DNA of 28,786 nucleotides from an uncultured Chthoniobacter sp. (GTDB lineage Bacteria; Verrucomicrobiota; Verrucomicrobiia; Chthoniobacterales; UBA6821): NCBI GenBank assembly GCA_964469825.1, contig CAYYAN010000002.1, positions 1 to 28,786 of the forward strand, read 5' to 3'. Shown piece by piece: positions 24,002 to 28,786 of this stretch (position 1 is its first letter; each line of letters starts with the position of its first letter). The notes under the pieces were generated by a model. It saw only the letters and a program-made list of their open reading frames with translations, ran no database searches and was not told where the DNA came from. The position numbers and the translations under genes were made by a program.

Positions 24002-25069
24002 ATGGCAGATCAATCTACAGGAGAAAAAACGGAACAACCCACGGCCAAGCGTCTGCGGGACGCAAGAAACAAAGGGCAGGTTGTAAAAAGTACAGATGTC
24101 GTGACAACAGTTTGTACTTTTTTTGTTTTATCAGCCACTTTGATCACATTTCCTTCGACGTGGAAAGGATTTGTTAATTATTTTGATCTTGTTTTTGTAG
24201 CAATGGTTGAGCCGATGCCCAATGCTCTTATTGATATTTTTGGTATGATGCCTACGTTTCTTTTTTCTGCTCTGTTTCCTGTTTGTATTGTGGCAGCTAT
24301 TTCAGTTGTTATTGCTAATGTTGGACAATTTGGTTTTTTATTAGCCTTTGAGTCAATGACGCCAGACATAAACAAGTTGAGTCCTATGTCTGGATTCAAA
24401 AAAATTTTTTCGACAAAAACATTGATAGAACTCATTAAGTCATCAATTAAAATCACCATTTTTGGAGTTCTTCTTTATAGCATTATCAAAAAATCAATTG
24501 GACCATTAGTCATGCTTCCTTTTGCTAACTTGTTTAATGGCGTAAGCGTTGTAAAACCAATGCTGATGAATTTCATTAATTCCTTCATGTTGTGTTATCT
24601 TGTTATCGCTGTAGCTGATTATATTCTTCAGCAAAAAATGTTGATGAAGGATTTAATGATGACCAAAGATGAAACCAAGCGCGAAATGCATGAATCAGAA
24701 GGTGACCCGATGATTAAAGGAAATCGGCGTCGTTTGCAACGTGAGATGGTTTTTGAAGATAACTCAACAGCTACTAGAAAATCAACAGTACTAGTCACCA
24801 ATCCTACTCATTATGCAGCAGCTATTTTTTATGAACGAGGAAAAATTATGCTTCCTGTCTTGAGAGCTAAAGGAACTGGATTTATCGCATTGAGGATGAT
24901 TTCGATAGCTCGTGCTGAAAATATTCCTATTGTAGAAAATGTTCCTTTAGCTCGTGCCTTATACAAAGAGCTGGAGATAGGTGATATTATTCCTAAGGAA
25001 TTGTTAGGACCTGTTACAGAAATTTTGCGTTGGGTCAGAACCCTTCCGCCACGGGTCGCACAAAATTGA
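24002..25069 (+). CDS. sctU: Export switch protein SctU
   Basis: GEKTEQPTAKRLRDARNKGQVVKS, MMTKDETKRE..ESEGDP.IK, the NPTH autocleavage motif, and IPIVENVPLARALY. Confidence 0.98.
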   Translation: MADQSTGEKTEQPTAKRLRDARNKGQVVKSTDVVTTVCTFFVLSATLITFPSTWKGFVNYFDLVFVAMVEPMPNALIDIFGMMPTFLFSALFPVCIVAAISVVIANVGQFGFLLAFESMTPDINKLSPMSGFKKIFSTKTLIELIKSSIKITIFGVLLYSIIKKSIGPLVMLPFANLFNGVSVVKPMLMNFINSFMLCYLVIAVADYILQQKMLMKDLMMTKDETKREMHESEGDPMIKGNRRRLQREMVFEDNSTATRKSTVLVTNPTHYAAAIFYERGKIMLPVLRAKGTGFIALRMISIARAENIPIVENVPLARALYKELEIGDIIPKELLGPVTEILRWVRTLPPRVAQN

Positions 25070-25073
25070 GTGT

Positions 25074-25670
25074 ATGGCTGAAAAAGATTTTGTTCCTGAA
25101 TCTATTTGTGGCGAGGAAATTAAAAGTCGATTTAATGAATTTTATTTTCGAAAAAATCCTCAGGATAGTCCTATGGCAAAGGCACTCGTGCTACATGAAT
25201 ATGATGTGCAAAATTATCCGCTGCATGGTGAGTATACGGATGATGATTGGCTAGCTTCGAAGGTTTCTATGAAAGGGCTTTCTATTATTTTTCGTCAGCC
25301 AACGCCAAGTGATTTGCTTGTTTGTCGTATTGATAGAGTATCTAAAGAAAAAAAGATGAGTTCTCCACTTTTGGGATTGATGGAATTTATTGGGTTTTGT
25401 CACTATTACTGTCCTGAAGTAGACCTATTAGGAGGATGCGTCGAAAAAATAACTCATCAAGATTCTTTAAGAGATCTAACAGTTGATCGACTGGTTCGTT
25501 ATTATCATCGCATCTTAGGTTGTATTGAAGGATATAGTGACAGCGATGGTTTTTTTTGGATTTATGCGAATATGCGCTGTAAGAAGCGATTTGAGACTTT
25601 GCCAATATGGCGCAGATATATTCGAGAGAAATTGGCAACTATCGACCAAGACGTTGTCAGTTTGACCTAG
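25074..25670 (+). CDS. lcrR: LcrR/PcrR-like protein
   Basis: GLSIIFR..IDRV...SPLLGL..LLGGCVE..LTVDRLVRYYHRILG..GFF aligns with Yersinia LcrR GLKLAWR..IQRV...NPFAAL..LYGNVD..LSTQRLAHFYRRWTG..GWF (from memory). Confidence 0.6.
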   Translation: MAEKDFVPESICGEEIKSRFNEFYFRKNPQDSPMAKALVLHEYDVQNYPLHGEYTDDDWLASKVSMKGLSIIFRQPTPSDLLVCRIDRVSKEKKMSSPLLGLMEFIGFCHYYCPEVDLLGGCVEKITHQDSLRDLTVDRLVRYYHRILGCIEGYSDSDGFFWIYANMRCKKRFETLPIWRRYIREKLATIDQDVVSLT

Positions 25671-25685
25671 TTTAAAATTTGAGTT

Positions 25686-26219
25686 ATGAATGACAACATG
25701 TCTGAATCTGAAGAAACAAAACAAGTGCAAGAACACCGCTTTTCTTCAGTAACAGAGGGAGTGACTCCTTCTTTGGAAGTTCCAGCGTCTCTTGCAGAAG
25801 CCAAGCCAGCTGGAGGAAATTTTCGCGCAACAGAACCGCCGCAAGAAGTCCTTCCTGAAACCCTTTCTTCAAAAAAAATGGAGTTAAAAAAACACTCTCC
25901 GCTGGGACCTCATCCAGCAATAACGCCTACTTCTCCTTCTGTGCTGGCAGAAAATTCAGCTGTGATGAGTTCAAATCAAGAGAAGGTAGCTAATATGCCA
26001 CAGGTGGGAATAGAGGTGGAAATAGATTTTATACTAGATCGCAAACGAATTCCTTTAACAGAATTGAGGACACTTGCAGAGGGAGAGATTCTTACGCTGA
26101 GCGGTGCTGACTTTAGGGCAACATTATTTCTTCAAGAAAAAGCGATTGCAGAAGCAGCATTAGTCATGGTGGATCAACGACCATCTATCCAAATCACAAA
26201 AATTTTTAGTGGTTCTTAA
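25686..26219 (+). CDS. Stand-alone SpoA (FliN/SctQ-C)-domain protein with disordered N-terminus
   Basis: C-terminal IEVEIDFILDRKRIPLTELRTLAEGEILTL..AIAEAALVMVDQRPSIQITKI is the SpoA fold pattern. Confidence 0.8.
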   Translation: MNDNMSESEETKQVQEHRFSSVTEGVTPSLEVPASLAEAKPAGGNFRATEPPQEVLPETLSSKKMELKKHSPLGPHPAITPTSPSVLAENSAVMSSNQEKVANMPQVGIEVEIDFILDRKRIPLTELRTLAEGEILTLSGADFRATLFLQEKAIAEAALVMVDQRPSIQITKIFSGS

Positions 26220-26288
26220 TCCAGATATGTTGGAACTATAATTTCTTTTTTAAGGAATTTTGGCCGCAACCTGTAATCTTCAACATAT

Positions 26289-27482
26289 ATGTTCAATCCA
26301 AGAGTAACAGCTCGCTATTCTATGCCGGTAGGCGGAGAATTGGACACTTCTGATTTGCAAGGAATCGGATTATATCGTGGTAGAGAAATTAAAAAATCAA
26401 AGCTCAGTGAAGATGTTGATTTTGGACTTCACGCAGACGAGGATGATCAGGGAGGGCAATCCGCGGGGAGTGCCAAAGGAGAGCTTAAAATAAAGTTTCA
26501 GGAACGTGAAAAGGAAGCCTTTTCCGATCAGCAAGAAAATCTTCCTGATTTTGATGAGTTTGCTAATTCGCCCGGTTTTAAAAAGTTTATGGCTCAATTG
26601 CGAAAGGGCCAACGGAGCGATACCTATCAAGACATTCAAGATGCTTTAAACTCTGCTTTTGATGATCCAACACTAACACATGCGGCTCTTGCTGGCGCTA
26701 TCAAGCTTCTTGAAGGGCAGCCAGGTCAAGAAGAACTGAAAGAGTTGTTGCAGCAAGTACTCAAAGAACTGCTCGATACCAGTGGTGCAGAAGTGCGAGC
26801 TGGCTATAATGTTTCTCGTGTTGCTGAATCAATGGCAAAAGGAGAAACGGACCTCATTGCTCAACTTCGAGATTTTTATTGTCAGGTTGTTTTTAGTGAT
26901 CAAAGCCTTATTGATACTTATCGCGTTATTATGAACGATTTTCCTGATAAAGTAGAGCGAGAAAAAGAAGAAAAAAAGAAAAAAGAACATCAAGCTCCCG
27001 AAGAATTAGATGGTCCAGAAGGAGAAGCAAGATTAGAAAAAGCATTGGAATTCCTAATGAAGGCATTAGGCGAAGAGTTGAAATCTAATCGACCCTCTTT
27101 AGAACCAAGTATGCTCAAAAAAGTTTTGGATGGACTTTGTGAAATGGAATTTTTCCGTAACACCTATCGTTCGTTTTTGGAAATGCTAACAAAACTAAAT
27201 CGAGACTGCCAAACAGTTCCTGTAAAGCCATCACGCTTGATTAATGAAATCTTGAATCGTGTTACACAAGATAAAATTAGTGATGAAGACTTTATAAAAG
27301 TAGCACAGCAATTTGGGGTTCCTCCGTTAGAACTCTCGATTCATTTTTTAACAAGAATTTACGAAATGGTGCGTCTTTTTCCAGAACGCGTTTTTCCGAG
27401 TGGGAAAAATAGAGAAGTCTGTTTAACTGCTATTCAACATGCATTGGATTCGGCGATTGCAAGAGAAAGTGAAGTCGCGTAG
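26289..27482 (+). CDS. sctW: Gatekeeper SctW (YopN+TyeA fused, CopN/InvE-like)
   Basis: FDDPTLTHAAL, GAEVRAGYNV, LRDFY..VV, ALEFLMKALGEEL.S.RPS, and a C-terminal TyeA-like FLTRIYEMVRLFPERVF....R...L.AIQ.ALD.AI.RE. Confidence 0.92.
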   Translation: MFNPRVTARYSMPVGGELDTSDLQGIGLYRGREIKKSKLSEDVDFGLHADEDDQGGQSAGSAKGELKIKFQEREKEAFSDQQENLPDFDEFANSPGFKKFMAQLRKGQRSDTYQDIQDALNSAFDDPTLTHAALAGAIKLLEGQPGQEELKELLQQVLKELLDTSGAEVRAGYNVSRVAESMAKGETDLIAQLRDFYCQVVFSDQSLIDTYRVIMNDFPDKVEREKEEKKKKEHQAPEELDGPEGEARLEKALEFLMKALGEELKSNRPSLEPSMLKKVLDGLCEMEFFRNTYRSFLEMLTKLNRDCQTVPVKPSRLINEILNRVTQDKISDEDFIKVAQQFGVPPLELSIHFLTRIYEMVRLFPERVFPSGKNREVCLTAIQHALDSAIARESEVA

Positions 27483-27559
27483 AGCATGTTCTAAAAGACC
27501 TAAGAGTCCCGCACTCCGTCGTTATTGTGGTGCTTGCTGCTCACGTATTAATACCCGGG

Positions 27560-27743
27560 TTAACCCGAATATTTCATCCCTCTCTACTGCGAAAGCCGGG
27601 AAGTCCGATGGATGCTGCGTTAGACTTGAATTTTGATCAGGACAGTATGTACTCATACAGCCCTGATCAAAATCCTTCGTCTGCCTTACCCCATCAGCCT
27701 TCGCGACTTTCTCGTCACGAAATTGATGAAATATTCGGGTTAA
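27560..27743 (+). mobile_element. Full-length palindromic MITE, second copy
   Basis: 184 nt from TTAA to TTAA, near-identical to 19321-19504. It is preceded by ATACCCGGG, which looks like another terminal remnant sharing the TTAA. Confidence 0.92.
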
Positions 27744-27821
27744 ATGTTACTTTCGAACAATGAAACAACTTGCCGTTTACATTTTGGCTAGTATCAGACT
27801 CATCGCCTTCAATACTTTTTT

Positions 27822-27856
27822 CTGTAACCTGCAATCTGTACCCTGTAGCCTGCAGA
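27822..27856 (+). repeat. Heptamer array before the SycN-like start
   Basis: CTGTAAC CTGCAAT CTGTACC CTGTAGC CTGCAGA, followed by G-ATG. Confidence 0.6.
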
Positions 27857-27857
27857 G

Positions 27858-28217
27858 ATGATCTCTGAAGTTATTAAAGAATTTTGTAATCAGTATGGTC
27901 TTAAAGGAGTTTCTATGGAAGAGGGAGGAAAGCTACGTCTCTCCATTGAAGGAATTGGTGATCTTCAATTCCTTCATGAAAAAAATAAACTGCTCATAGG
28001 ATTGAGTAGAAAAATTGAAAATTTTTATTTATTCAGTGCGCGAAAAATTTTAGCAATGTGCCATTATAAAGAACCTCATTTGCACCCTCTGCATGCGCAA
28101 ATCAATGATGAGACGCTTGGGCTTTTTTTTATTTTTGAAGAAAGTGAAGTGACGGCAGCGCTTCTCTCTCAGGCTTTAGATGAGTTGACTGACGCAATGG
28201 ATAAGGCTTTGGCGTGA
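27858..28217 (+). CDS. sycN: SycN-like gatekeeper chaperone
   Basis: 119 aa after sctW. VIKEFC..GL..V......LRLSIEGIGDLQF..L.I.LSR..ILA.CHY..H..P.HA follows the SycN pattern. Confidence 0.7.
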   Translation: MISEVIKEFCNQYGLKGVSMEEGGKLRLSIEGIGDLQFLHEKNKLLIGLSRKIENFYLFSARKILAMCHYKEPHLHPLHAQINDETLGLFFIFEESEVTAALLSQALDELTDAMDKALA

Positions 28218-28251
28218 AGAGTAAAGAATGAAGTGTTACAATCCTCCGTCT

Positions 28252-28306
28252 TGCTAGAAACAAAAATTTCGACGTAAAAAACCTCAAGCTCGCATGCAAA
28301 TGCTAT
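28252..28306 (+). promoter_or_regulatory. Candidate regulated promoter, copy C (towards the sctX-like gene)
   Basis: TGCTAGA-N19-AAAACCT-N16-TGCTAT. 28239-28306 matches 13821-13888 at 52 of 68 positions without gaps. Confidence 0.6.
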
Positions 28307-28332
28307 AAAAAGAGAGTACAAATTTTTTTGAA

Positions 28333-28367
28333 CTCTTTACCCTTCACTCTTTGCGTTTCACTAGCTA
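28333..28367 (+). repeat. Heptamer array in the sctX-like leader
   Basis: CTCTTTA CCCTTCA CTCTTTG CGTTTCA CTAGCTA. Confidence 0.55.
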
Positions 28368-28377
28368 CATTTTTTCC

Positions 28378-28764
28378 ATGTCTATTGAAGGGCTTTCTCC
28401 ATTTGATTTTACATCAGGGATTATTACTGTTACTCAGTTTGCGCCTACTGCTGCTCTGCCACAAGAAGATCCTTCGCCTCCAGCGGCGGGAGATATTTCA
28501 ATTGAAAGTAAATTAGAAGAACTTTTTAAAAGTCATCAACTTGGTGACGTAGAAAATAGTTCCATGAATCTTCCTCCCGAGACACTCAAAATTTTGTCCA
28601 AGGAATCGCTTAAATCACTCATTACAGATATGGCTCCTCTCCTTGAGGCAGCAGTAGGAATTGCGCCCATCCATGATATTGCTCGTGTTCAAGAGATGCT
28701 CCAAGAAGAGCTTGTGAATCACGAATTATTAGCCGCTTTTCGACGAGCTATTCTTGGTGGATAA
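28378..28764 (+). CDS. sctX: SctX (YscX)-like protein
   Basis: Follows sctW-sycN as in yopN-tyeA-sycN-yscX. ESKLEELFKSHQL resembles YscX EPHLERLYPTAQS, and the C-terminal helix reads MLQEELVNHELLAAFRRAIL. Confidence 0.6.
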   Translation: MSIEGLSPFDFTSGIITVTQFAPTAALPQEDPSPPAAGDISIESKLEELFKSHQLGDVENSSMNLPPETLKILSKESLKSLITDMAPLLEAAVGIAPIHDIARVQEMLQEELVNHELLAAFRRAILGG

Positions 28765-28786
28765 TCCTAAAAACGTGAATGAAAAT

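Noticed and set aside
15132..25069. Flagellar export cluster
   Set aside because: The export genes are homologous to flagellar ones, but there are no rod, hook, flagellin or motor genes. SctF, SctI, SctW, LcrH and a translocator identify an injectisome.
19321..27743. CRISPR array, tRNA or rRNA
   Set aside because: The repeats are dispersed, long and palindromic with no repeat-spacer periodicity and no cas genes. No cloverleaf or rRNA signatures were seen.
171..28516. Short overlapping or antisense ORFs in the track (e.g. 171-536, 591-839, 4421-4813, 9315-9587, 10788-11024, 16549-16914, 17423-17776, 24178-24459, 28328-28516)
   Set aside because: They are shadows of well-supported genes on another frame or strand, with no recognisable motifs.

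Overview
AT-rich (roughly 40% GC by eye) bacterial window holding most of a non-flagellar type III secretion system (T3SS) of Ysc-like make-up. Plus strand: sctJ-K-L-N-O-P-Q-R-S-T-U, an LcrR-like gene, a stand-alone SpoA/SctQ-C gene, sctW, a SycN-like chaperone and an SctX-like gene. Minus strand: two tandem needle genes (sctF), an SsaH/YscG-like chaperone, an unknown gene, the inner rod sctI, an LcrG-like gene, an unusual 388-aa tip/filament candidate, an LcrH chaperone, the translocator sctE and a class I chaperone. sctC, sctD, sctV, sctY and a recognisable sctB are not in the window. Four glycan-related genes are interleaved with the structural genes: a GT9 coupled to a second LcrH, a GT34, a WbdD-like methyltransferase/pseudokinase and a capsule-type GT-B-like protein. 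The last three lie directly upstream of, and co-oriented with, needle genes that carry Ser/Thr-rich variable N-terminal extensions, which suggests a glycosylated injectisome (hypothesis). Other notable signals: a palindromic TA-targeting MITE family that is open-reading on both strands and has inserted in frame into the sctJ lipoprotein signal peptide, a 210-nt tandem duplication (201-nt identical core) in the needle ruler sctP, a three-copy candidate activator/promoter motif, and sense-oriented heptamer arrays in gene leaders. All protein assignments come from motif recognition and remembered family sequences, not database searches. The host taxon cannot be determined from this window.
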